Source of the DNA: Escherichia coli
Lineage (GTDB): Bacteria; Pseudomonadota; Gammaproteobacteria; Enterobacterales; Enterobacteriaceae
NCBI RefSeq assembly: GCF_011045215.1
Contig: NZ_CP049201.1
Direction: 5' to 3' (one strand)
DNA length: 64,000 nt
In this document: in pieces, positions 36,705-45,609 of the stretch
How positions within the stretch are numbered: the first letter of the stretch is position 1
Layout of the letters: each line of letters opens with the position of its first letter
Made by a program: the position numbers and the translations under genes
The notes under the pieces: generated by a model
Seen by the model: only the letters and a program-made list of their open reading frames with translations
Databases searched by the model: none
Told to the model about the DNA's origin: nothing

Positions 36705-37595
36705 TTAGTTTTTACTATTTATCTTTGTTTGTGGTTCTCCTTCAGCAAGCTCAGCGCCAGTGACAGGATTGATGTCTTCATGGGATTTCAACCTTGTTGC
36801 CATAGCTTTTATCATAGCTTCTTGCTTGGTCGAAAGATTTATCGAGGCCTTCCCATCCCCACCGTCAACCGCTGGAACTGGATCGGAAATATAGTCAAAG
36901 TTTTCATCACTGTTCCAACTACCTCTGACGTCTTCACCTTCTGACATGTTGTAATATACGTTTTTGTATTTCTCAATTGGTGGTAATTTTCCTGGTGGAA
37001 AGGTGTTGCGAATTGAATGTAATGCTTTTTCAAATGAAAGCATGTGTGCTGCTTCCCTGGTCATTAAAAATGCCAGAGTGTCTTTTACTCCAGGATCATC
37101 AGTAACATTAATGAGACGTTCGTAAATGATCTTTGCCCGAGCTTCAGCTGCAATATTTGAACGAAGATCGGCCGTGACTTCGCCAATAGTATCAACATAA
37201 GCTGCAGTCCAGGGTACTCCAGCTGAATTAGTTAATGCTGGGCCTCCTCCGTAGAGGAGAGAAGTTATATGGCTGTCATTGCCATTTTGAGTTAAGGAAC
37301 GGTAAAGCTCAGCTTCATTCTCAGTTCCTTCAGCAAGTGCTCCTTTTGCACCTTTGTTGAGCATACCAACAAGAGAACCAATAATTTCGAGATGACTTAG
37401 TTCTTCTGTTGCTATGTCCATCAGCATATCCCTTCGGCCTGCATCTTCATCACTTAAGCCTTGAGTGAAGTATCGGCATGCTGCTGCAAGCTCACCCTGT
37501 GGCCCGCCGAATTGTTCTAAAAGTAGATTAGCCAAGCCTGGGTTTGGCTCACTTACACGTACTGTATATTGAAGTTTTTTCACGTGTCTAAACAT
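36705..37595 (-). CDS. manganese (non-haem) catalase, KatN-like
   Basis: 296 aa ferritin-like di-metal protein; last gene of the yciG/yciF/yciE-like operon, as in the Salmonella yciGFE-katN arrangement. Confidence 0.7.
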   Translation of the reverse strand: MFRHVKKLQYTVRVSEPNPGLANLLLEQFGGPQGELAAACRYFTQGLSDEDAGRRDMLMDIATEELSHLEIIGSLVGMLNKGAKGALAEGTENEAELYRSLTQNGNDSHITSLLYGGGPALTNSAGVPWTAAYVDTIGEVTADLRSNIAAEARAKIIYERLINVTDDPGVKDTLAFLMTREAAHMLSFEKALHSIRNTFPPGKLPPIEKYKNVYYNMSEGEDVRGSWNSDENFDYISDPVPAVDGGDGKASINLSTKQEAMIKAMATRLKSHEDINPVTGAELAEGEPQTKINSKN

Positions 37596-37613
37596 AATGC
37601 CTCCTCAAAAGAA

Positions 37614-38120
37614 TTATTTTTTGGCTTCAACTCCATCAATTTCAGATCTGACCATGAATTGCTCAGTGGTGTCAGGAATATGGTTAAGAAGCCATTCAGC
37701 CATTTGTTTTTCTTCATTAAGAATTGCTTCAATAATGGGTACTGAAGCTGTATCACCCGCATTTTTGGCTGCTGCGAGAAGAGATGTGTAGCACGCAATT
37801 TCAAATTGTTCGAAAACATAGCCACTGATCGAACCTTTGACAATTTCATCAGATGGAAAAATTCCACCAATGGATTGCCCAAACGCGGCCATTTTACTCA
37901 TAGAGTCTTTAATGACAGAGCGCGAAATATTATTACGATCAAGTATGCTTTCAAGCTGTGAAAGCTGGTTCTTTGTTTCGCTAATGTGCTGCTCAATTCT
38001 GGAACGTAACTCTGGATAGTTTTCTATCCGGCTGGCCATAGACTCAAGCATTTTTTCAGCTTGTTTCTCCATCGCATGTGCATCACGAAGCCAGTCATGG
38101 TAATGTTCAATTCTATTCAT
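37614..38120 (-). CDS. DUF892 ferritin-like stress protein, YciE-like
   Basis: 168 aa; recognised as a YciE paralogue. Confidence 0.7.
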   Translation of the reverse strand: MNRIEHYHDWLRDAHAMEKQAEKMLESMASRIENYPELRSRIEQHISETKNQLSQLESILDRNNISRSVIKDSMSKMAAFGQSIGGIFPSDEIVKGSISGYVFEQFEIACYTSLLAAAKNAGDTASVPIIEAILNEEKQMAEWLLNHIPDTTEQFMVRSEIDGVEAKK

Positions 38121-38156
38121 AATCTGTTTATCCTAAAAGAAATTGAAGTCTATAGT

Positions 38157-38663
38157 TCAGGAGTTATCCTGAGCTTTTTTATTAACGTTATTAAATGCCA
38201 GGTCTGTTAATTTGACATCAGTAGCTTTTTCCTCTTCCAGTGTTTCTTTCAGGAGTTTAGCCGCTTTTTTATATCCTAATTGCTCAGCGAGTGTTACCAA
38301 AGTGCCATAACTGGCAATTTCATAGTGCTCTACTTTTTGTGCTGCAGCAATCAATGCAGCATCACGTACTTCATTTTTATCAGTGCTTTCAATTACCTCA
38401 TTCGCCTCTTCGATAAGTCCTTCCATTGCGGCACACTTAATTCTTTTCAATTTAAGACCATCTTCAGAATCAACAATCTGATCGATGCGTTCAATTTGAC
38501 CATGTGTCTCATCAAGATGTGACTGAAAAGCAGCGGTTAATTTATCACTATATGCAGAGCGACTAAGTTTAGACAGTGCCTTTGTTAGTTGTTTCTCAGC
38601 GCTGTATGTATCCGATAATAAGTGGATGAAGATATCTTCAACAGATTTAATTTGCATAATCAC
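38157..38663 (-). CDS. DUF892 ferritin-like stress protein, YciF-like
   Basis: 168 aa; recognised as a YciF paralogue. Confidence 0.7.
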   Translation of the reverse strand: MIMQIKSVEDIFIHLLSDTYSAEKQLTKALSKLSRSAYSDKLTAAFQSHLDETHGQIERIDQIVDSEDGLKLKRIKCAAMEGLIEEANEVIESTDKNEVRDAALIAAAQKVEHYEIASYGTLVTLAEQLGYKKAAKLLKETLEEEKATDVKLTDLAFNNVNKKAQDNS

Positions 38664-38735
38664 TCCAGAGTTTTCACTGCGAGCCCGTAGGCTCGCAGTT
38701 AGCTTCAGTTATTCACGAATGTAGGGGATGATAAA

Positions 38736-38918
38736 TTAAGAGTCAGATTTACGGCCGCCACCATGGCTATTCTGACCACCTTTTTTCCCTGCTTCTGATG
38801 CTCTTTGTGGATCGTTTTTAAAATTACCGCCACTATGTTGGCCGCCTTTACGACCAGCGTCAGAAGCTTTTTGTCGATCTTCAGCGAAATTACCTGCACC
38901 GCCACGATGTTCGGTCAT
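38736..38918 (-). CDS. KGG-repeat general stress protein, YciG-like
   Basis: 60 aa with repeated KGG / RKGGQ motifs. Confidence 0.65.
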   Translation of the reverse strand: MTEHRGGAGNFAEDRQKASDAGRKGGQHSGGNFKNDPQRASEAGKKGGQNSHGGGRKSDS

Positions 38919-39422
38919 ATCATTTCTCCTCTGATTTTCAAATTGTAAATAACATGTGCCTTGTCAGCACCCAATTAACTCTAGTAACAAATAAGAAAGT
39001 GTCAAATAACAGATTGGTATGCGCATTTTGATGTGAGAAATAATAATTGTAAAAATGTGCGCTCAGTGAGTATAATCTATTGATATCTTAGTGATTAACG
39101 GAAAATTTAGGTTGTAACTCAAAAGATTAATAAACCTAAATTTACATTTCTATATTATTTGGTGTGCCTGTTGTTGTTTTTCTCAATAAGAATACTCTGT
39201 AAAATAATTCAATCGTAAGATGGTTGTTATTCATATTTTTTTGAGATAGTTCCTAATAGGGTCCATCCCTTGAATAAATAATTGTTTTAAAATTTCGTCT
39301 AAAGAACTAATTACAAGAAAATTTATATAGTCCAAGGAATCATGATTGTACTTAACCATAAGATTTGAGCGTAAAAATTAATGCGCAGCACGTCGTATGC
39401 AAGAACGTGCTGCGGTTGGATG

Positions 39423-40091
39423 CTATTTTTTCCCTGAAGCGGAAAACATTACTACAGTACCTTGAACCTTGGTTTTAACATTCTCGAAATGCTCTGAGAG
39501 TATATGTGTTAAGCCTTCTTCGGAATCTCTTGTGTTTGAAAAGATGCCTTTCTGATTGTAAATGCGCATCAGTTTTTGACCGAAGCGATTGTGCACAATT
39601 CCATCGCCAAGAATTGTGGCTCCGTATAGAGTTCCATCGCCAGTTAAGGCCTGCGCCGCATTGCGTATTACACAGCTTTTTGTAGATATATTTCCAGGCA
39701 GGCAGTGAAGAAGGTAAAACATGGAAATGGAATCAAATTGACCATGTAACGCCGCGGGATAAGGTTCAAAAACATCATGGCTAATTTTATGTTTAATTTT
39801 TGATTCCCCAGCCCTTGTAGATGCCGCGTTCAGGCTAGCTTCGTTCAAATCCATTAAAGATATCAGACTACTCTCAGGTACGTGAGTAAGGTAAAACCCA
39901 GTTCCAACACCAATATCCAGATGGTTGTTACCTAAATGTTCCAGAAAGTGTGGAAGAAGGTGTTCCTTTGTAGGACATCCCCATGCAAGCCGATTTGATA
40001 CTCCCAAAACCCACCAGTCATAAAGCTTTAGGGTAAGTGGTGTGTAAATTTTAGCCCCATCATCTGTGTTTTTTTTCATTAATTTCACCAT
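39423..40091 (-). CDS. class I SAM-dependent methyltransferase
   Basis: 222 aa; motif I LDIGVGTG; hairpin terminator just downstream. Confidence 0.65.
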   Translation of the reverse strand: MVKLMKKNTDDGAKIYTPLTLKLYDWWVLGVSNRLAWGCPTKEHLLPHFLEHLGNNHLDIGVGTGFYLTHVPESSLISLMDLNEASLNAASTRAGESKIKHKISHDVFEPYPAALHGQFDSISMFYLLHCLPGNISTKSCVIRNAAQALTGDGTLYGATILGDGIVHNRFGQKLMRIYNQKGIFSNTRDSEEGLTHILSEHFENVKTKVQGTVVMFSASGKK

Positions 40092-40147
40092 GTTATAGTT
40101 TTATTTGTGAATTAAATCAATTATGGCAATGAATTACAAGGGGTTAA

Positions 40148-40453
40148 ATGCTGCCGCAGCATGGCGATATTGAAATAGCCTGGTATGCTTCAATACAGCA
40201 GGAGCCGAATGGCTGGAAGACCGTCACCACACAGTTCTACATCCAGGAATTCAGTGAGTATATTGCGCCACTGCAGGATGCTGTAGATCTGGAAATCGCA
40301 ACGGAGGAAGAAAGATCGTTGCTGGAGGCATGGAATAAATATCGGGTATTGTTGAATCGTGTTGATACATCAGTAGCTCTGGGTATGAAGCTGTTTGTAA
40401 CTCATGTTACAGTAACAGCCATTACTATCTCGAAGGTGCAAAATGTATATTGA
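40148..40453 (+). pseudogene. tail fibre assembly (tfa) 3' remnant
   Basis: only the C-terminal Tfa segment ([34 protein letters not shown]) is recognisable. Confidence 0.6.
40254..40380. repeat. direct repeat copy 2 (tfa 3' end)
   Basis: pairs with 36424-36548. Confidence 0.7.
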
Positions 40454-40636
40454 TTTGATATTTTATAAATTTACTTCGAATCTGGCACGTCAACTTTTGA
40501 TTAAAGTAATATCAGTTTTCGGCGAAAAAAGGACCGTGTACATGAGACGATTTCATACAAGAATAACAAAAATATGAATATGCTCCCAATGCAATATATG
40601 TTTTGCATTGGGAGCAAATAGCGGAATATTTTGAAA

Positions 40637-42121
40637 TTATTGTATTTCTGCTTCAGAATTTCCTGGGCAGTATATATTTTCTATTTTTTGTGGAGTGATC
40701 AGGTGATGTACAACTGCTTTATCTACACATAAATTAACTCCGGTGAGAGCTAATGTATGCCCATCACCATTTATTGTTAGTAACGGGCTGGAAAATTTCT
40801 CTGCCATCTTACGGGCATTAATCCAGGGCGTTGTTGGATCGTATTTGTGTGCTACAAACAGTAAACCAGAGGGCAGAACAGTATTTTTCAGGCGAGTTTT
40901 GTTCAGGTCGCTATGTATTGGCCATAATTCACAAAAATCAGGTGAATCGGAACGTCCATTGTCAAAGTTAATAGCCGGGAAGGCATTCGCAAGAGCCTCT
41001 TTTCGGAATTTTCGCTCTTCTGGTGTTAATTGCTCATCCCCCTGATCTACACAAAGGATTACCCCCGAAGCATCACTTGACTCTTCTGAGGCTATCGGAG
41101 CACTGAGCGCAGTTTCAATTTCATTACTGACAATCCCCTGAGAGAACTGGCGTATGGCAGTTGCAAGGGTTGGCCATGATGAACGCCATAGCAGAAGGTC
41201 TGTTGTTAATGATATGAGTTCATCTGAAGATATATTTTCTCCCTTACTGTCTAATAAAGGTTTGTGATGTAATTTTGATAATAGCTCATGGAACTGAGTT
41301 ATTGCCTTATCTCTGTCTGAAGAAAGCGGGCAACTTTTTGTACGCGCACACCAGGATGCAAAGCGATCAAACGTTTCCTGATAACTCTGTGCCTGTTTGA
41401 GTTGCCATGTGAAGTTGTTCTCCAGGTCATCGATATCGACGACTCCATCAAGAACGATAGATCTTACGTTGTAGGGAAAACGTTCTGCATATAAGGCTGC
41501 AATTTGAGTTCCATACGAATACGCCACGGCTGTCAGTTGTTTATCCCCCAAGGCTTGCCTAATACGATCAATATCGTATACAGCCTCGTTAGAGCCGATA
41601 TGGCGAATGACTTCGGCTCCGGTATTATGGATACAGGCATTAATTTTATTTAATACTTGTTGCTTTTCGGTTATGTTTTCCTGAGTCTCTGTATCTGATT
41701 GTCGGCAGTTTATTGTCGGAGTGGACTGTCCGACGCCTCGAGGATCAAATCCAATAATATCCCATGACTCACGAAGATTTGTGACTGGCCAGTCAAAGTT
41801 AATATAAGGATTTATGCCTGGCAACCCGGGACCACCACTTATTATCAGGATACTTCCTTTATGCTTGCTTTTTGCCGGCAATTTTGTCAACGCTAGTTTG
41901 ACTTGTGATTTTTTTTCATAAGAAGCATCTCCGCCTGTGTCTGTATATTTTAATGGAACAGACAAATAACCACATAGTAAGTCAGGAGACGGTTTTTCCT
42001 CACCAAACCAGTGGTTGAATTGACTGGCCATACAGGATTGCCACTGTATCTGCTGGGCAGATACGGTTACTGGTAGAAGTAACGTTAAAACAACTTTGAA
42101 ATGAGTAATTATTTTTCGCAT
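40637..42121 (-). CDS. secreted alpha/beta-hydrolase (peptidase S33-like)
   Basis: 494 aa; N-terminal signal peptide; GGPG and nucleophile-elbow-like AYSYG motifs. Confidence 0.6.
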   Translation of the reverse strand: MRKIITHFKVVLTLLLPVTVSAQQIQWQSCMASQFNHWFGEEKPSPDLLCGYLSVPLKYTDTGGDASYEKKSQVKLALTKLPAKSKHKGSILIISGGPGLPGINPYINFDWPVTNLRESWDIIGFDPRGVGQSTPTINCRQSDTETQENITEKQQVLNKINACIHNTGAEVIRHIGSNEAVYDIDRIRQALGDKQLTAVAYSYGTQIAALYAERFPYNVRSIVLDGVVDIDDLENNFTWQLKQAQSYQETFDRFASWCARTKSCPLSSDRDKAITQFHELLSKLHHKPLLDSKGENISSDELISLTTDLLLWRSSWPTLATAIRQFSQGIVSNEIETALSAPIASEESSDASGVILCVDQGDEQLTPEERKFRKEALANAFPAINFDNGRSDSPDFCELWPIHSDLNKTRLKNTVLPSGLLFVAHKYDPTTPWINARKMAEKFSSPLLTINGDGHTLALTGVNLCVDKAVVHHLITPQKIENIYCPGNSEAEIQ

Positions 42122-42307
42122 TGTGTCTCTGAATATCGGAATAAAGATAAAATTTGAATATATTGAGGTCTTGTGTTGCGGTAAGAGATTACACGTTATG
42201 ACATAGGTTAAATGCTTACAAAATTAGTGGATATTGTCTACTTGTAACTGTAAACAAATTCCCCGGGGTTATACAATACCACCGGGGAGAAAATCTGGTT
42301 AACTTCG

Positions 42308-43261
42308 TTAAAAGGTGTACTTAAGACCAGCAGTAGTGATGAAGTTATAGTTTTCTATGCCTGCACCATTTTTGCTGTAGTCTGAAGTGTTATCATTGTG
42401 ATCATAAAGTGAAGTATTACCTTTTTTATTCGTAACCCGATTCCATGCGCCTTCAACATAAACTTTTGCGTTAGGTGTTACGTAATAACCTGCATTGACT
42501 GCAACAGAATAGTAATTTTGGTCTTTGACCTTACTGCGATAAGTGATTCTTTTTCCCGGGTCATAGTGTTCATCGTTATCAGATGATTCCACCCAGCCGC
42601 TGTATTTAAATGTGCCACCGAGTTCAAAATCTTCATAACGATAACTTCCAGTCAAGCCAATGTAGGGCATTTTAAAACGTTGTTTGTAGCCGATTGCTCT
42701 TTCTCCATTCGGGAAGGAGCCGATATCATCTCTGAATCCCTCCTCAGAACTGTAGATATAGGAACCACCTCTGGCTGTAAAGCTATAACGGCTTTCCTGA
42801 TATCCGGCCATGAGTCCCAGGCGGTAATTGGGTTCGTTGAGGAGCCAGCCTTTGATATTCAGATCAAATTCGTTGGCATAATTGAGTTGTGTATCAGGGT
42901 GCTTACTTTCATCTGTCCAGGTTCCGGGGTTACTGGAATCCATCCAGTCCTGATCGACCATATTGCCACCCCGGCTGCCGAGAGTAGTCCAGCCCGCAGC
43001 CCCAATAGATATCTGGGGCATCAAATCCCAATTAATTGCACCTTTAATAATTGCAGCGTTATTGAATTTCCAGTCGAGTTGACTGACTTTTCGGCCTCCT
43101 TCTTCAGCTAGATAAACGCGCTCTTTTGTTTTTCCGCTCAGAGTTCCAAGACTAATGTCCACATTTATGTTGTCAGGAGTAAACGATATAGTCTCGGTAG
43201 AAGCAAAAGAGCTGATCGCAATAGGGGTTGTCAGGACTATTCCCAGAAGTTTCGCCCGCAT
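42308..43261 (-). CDS. ompT: outer-membrane protease (omptin)
   Basis: 317 aa, recognised as OmpT. Confidence 0.95.
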   Translation of the reverse strand: MRAKLLGIVLTTPIAISSFASTETISFTPDNINVDISLGTLSGKTKERVYLAEEGGRKVSQLDWKFNNAAIIKGAINWDLMPQISIGAAGWTTLGSRGGNMVDQDWMDSSNPGTWTDESKHPDTQLNYANEFDLNIKGWLLNEPNYRLGLMAGYQESRYSFTARGGSYIYSSEEGFRDDIGSFPNGERAIGYKQRFKMPYIGLTGSYRYEDFELGGTFKYSGWVESSDNDEHYDPGKRITYRSKVKDQNYYSVAVNAGYYVTPNAKVYVEGAWNRVTNKKGNTSLYDHNDNTSDYSKNGAGIENYNFITTAGLKYTF

Positions 43262-43684
43262 AAAAGTTCTCCATTCAATCGTTTTAATGATTGAATATGT
43301 ATTTTTTATATCTAACTTAATGAGTCAATTACATATTGCTCCACTGTTTATATTTTGTTTAGTATTGAATGATTATCACAATGCGCTATCTATTTTTGGT
43401 TTAATTATCTGTTATTGTTTCATATTGCGGTTTTACTGTGTGTTTTTTTTATGCTTTTGTGGTGCTTTTATCTATTTAAGTGCCATGCCTTTAGAGGCAT
43501 ATAAGCGAAAATAGCACGAGGTTTATCCTCAATTGCTATGTTTTTTAGTACAAAAAAGAGGGACAAAACTGAGACACATAAGGCCTCACAATGGCTTGCA
43601 AGGCTTTACATGTTTTGAGGTAGTGGGACGTGTGAGCGCAGAGATGGCGCGGTAAGTTGTTGACTTAAAATGTCGTTCTAGGAA

Positions 43685-43731
43685 CTTCTAAGTCGTGGGC
43701 CGCAGGTTCGAATCCTGCAGGGCGCGCCATT
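43685..43731. repeat. attR core: 47-bp copy of the argU 3' half
   Basis: identical to 22196-22242; no 5' half of a tRNA is present. Confidence 0.85.
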
Positions 43732-43774
43732 TCTTCTTCATTTATGCCCGTCTTATCCGTTTCCGCTTTGCCCT

Positions 43775-44536
43775 TCACCACATCACTTTTTGTCGCTGTT
43801 TGGCGAGATAATTCAACGGTGTCAGGCCGTAAAACGCCTTAAAAACAGAGATAAAGTACGACGTGCTGCTATAGCCACATAATTGCGCCACCTGAGTGAT
43901 ATTTTTGTTATCCATCAATAACATCTGTACGGCGTAACGCATACGACACTCTGTGACAATCTGGCTATAGCTGGTATTTTCGTTTTTTAATTTCTTTTTG
44001 AGCAGGCTGGGGCTTAAACATAGCGAACTGGCGACAATTCGCAGATTCCAGTAATGCTGAATATCGCTTTGAATAATGCGGCAGACGCTGTCGCGGACGC
44101 TGCTGCGTAAGATATACATCAGTAGGGCAATAAACCGCGATTGCTCAAGAAAGTTAGACAATACGGTAAAAAGCAATGCGCGCGTCAACTCCGCTTCGCA
44201 GGGTTTGCTGGGTTGCTGCTTGCTGTGGTTGGCGGCTAGCCGGAACACTTCCGGTGTACGGCTATGACAAGCGATAACCGGGGTAGCCAGCCGCGACCAG
44301 GGCTTTACACAGGTTAAGTTCTTATTTAAAAACAACAGATAATCGTTGATGATGTTACGGTTGATGTGGGTGATTAATACGTGATTTAACGTTGAGAGTT
44401 CAATGACGTTATTGTTGCACGCGAAGGCGGCCAGGTAGTTTTTCGGAAGGGTAAACGTAGCATGGTTATTGACGCTTACCTCTACCTCTTTTTCGGTCAG
44501 GATCACCACGCAAGGTTCACTGCTGCTCAATTGCAT
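43775..44536 (-). CDS. envY: AraC-family porin thermoregulator
   Basis: 253 aa, C-terminal AraC HTH. Confidence 0.85.
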   Translation of the reverse strand: MQLSSSEPCVVILTEKEVEVSVNNHATFTLPKNYLAAFACNNNVIELSTLNHVLITHINRNIINDYLLFLNKNLTCVKPWSRLATPVIACHSRTPEVFRLAANHSKQQPSKPCEAELTRALLFTVLSNFLEQSRFIALLMYILRSSVRDSVCRIIQSDIQHYWNLRIVASSLCLSPSLLKKKLKNENTSYSQIVTECRMRYAVQMLLMDNKNITQVAQLCGYSSTSYFISVFKAFYGLTPLNYLAKQRQKVMW

Positions 44537-44718
44537 TTCGCACTCCTCAGATATCAGAAACTCCGCTCAAAGGATCTATGCTTCCTGCATGAGTGATCGG
44601 CCCGTTCGCCGATAACGATCTTCTTTCTTTAGCATGCTTTTTAGCAATTAATCTTGATGGAATTCTGACGAGAGCGAAAGAGGTAAGCCAGGTCGTACCC
44701 GACTTACCTGGAGGAGAT

Positions 44719-45609
44719 TTAATACTCGAGAATGCCGTGCGCGACGGGCAAATAGCGCAGAGAGAAATAGAGAGTGTCTTTACCGCAAGAGGAACGTTTC
44801 GCTAACAGCGAGGCAATTTCTGCGTCCGGTTTCGGTTTCGCTGTAAAGGTTTTGCCTTTGCCGGCGACAAACAGTTCATAAACAATGCCGCTTGCTGGGG
44901 CGGAGCTTTGGCAATCGGCGCTGGCCTGTAGATAACGTTCACGCTGTTCAGCGGTAAGTTTATTCACGCCGCTGCCATCCTGTACCCAGACATTAACGCC
45001 GGTTGCTTTAACGTGTTCCAGCAGTTGGCGATAGCCATCGGGCGACATGTTTCCGGCGAAAAAACTACTGATATAAACCGGTTTTGCTGAAACATCGCTA
45101 ATCAGCCGCTGCGCGTTGTTTAACCATGTTAGCAAAGGCTGACGGGCGGCTTCGCTGCGCCAGTTCAGGTCGTCAATTTCCGCGCTGATGTACCAGCCAT
45201 CCGGCGTTACGCCAGGCGCGGCGCTCCATAATCTGGCTTGCTGGAGATCGGCAGCCAGCAGGCGATTAAGATAGCTTTCCAGCGCTGCGGACGACTGTTT
45301 CTGGTGCATAAAAAATTCCGGATCGGCGTTCAGCCCGACAATCAGCTTCAGGCCAGCCTGTTGCGCAGCTGCGGCCCGCTTAAACAATAACGTGCGCTGT
45401 TCTGGCTGGGTAAATGCATCGCCGTAACGGGTCCATTGCAAAACCAGGGTATCGAAGCCTTGCAAACGTAACTGACTCATCAGCCCCTGCCACTGGGTAT
45501 CGGTAACCTGACTATCACGGTTTTGTGGTTGCCAGATAATACCTTTCATCGCAAAGGAAAAAGGGCTGACCAAAAGCAGTGTCAGCAATACGAAAATGAA
45601 CTTACGCAT
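44719..45609 (-). CDS. ybcH: DUF4434 exported protein
   Basis: 296 aa with signal peptide; start abuts nfrA stop. Confidence 0.8.
   Translation of the reverse strand: MRKFIFVLLTLLLVSPFSFAMKGIIWQPQNRDSQVTDTQWQGLMSQLRLQGFDTLVLQWTRYGDAFTQPEQRTLLFKRAAAAQQAGLKLIVGLNADPEFFMHQKQSSAALESYLNRLLAADLQQARLWSAAPGVTPDGWYISAEIDDLNWRSEAARQPLLTWLNNAQRLISDVSAKPVYISSFFAGNMSPDGYRQLLEHVKATGVNVWVQDGSGVNKLTAEQRERYLQASADCQSSAPASGIVYELFVAGKGKTFTAKPKPDAEIASLLAKRSSCGKDTLYFSLRYLPVAHGILEY

Noticed and set aside
43685-43731. A second tRNA gene or tRNA pseudogene
   Set aside because: Only the 3' 47 nt of argU is present with no 5' half; this is the attR copy made by prophage integration.
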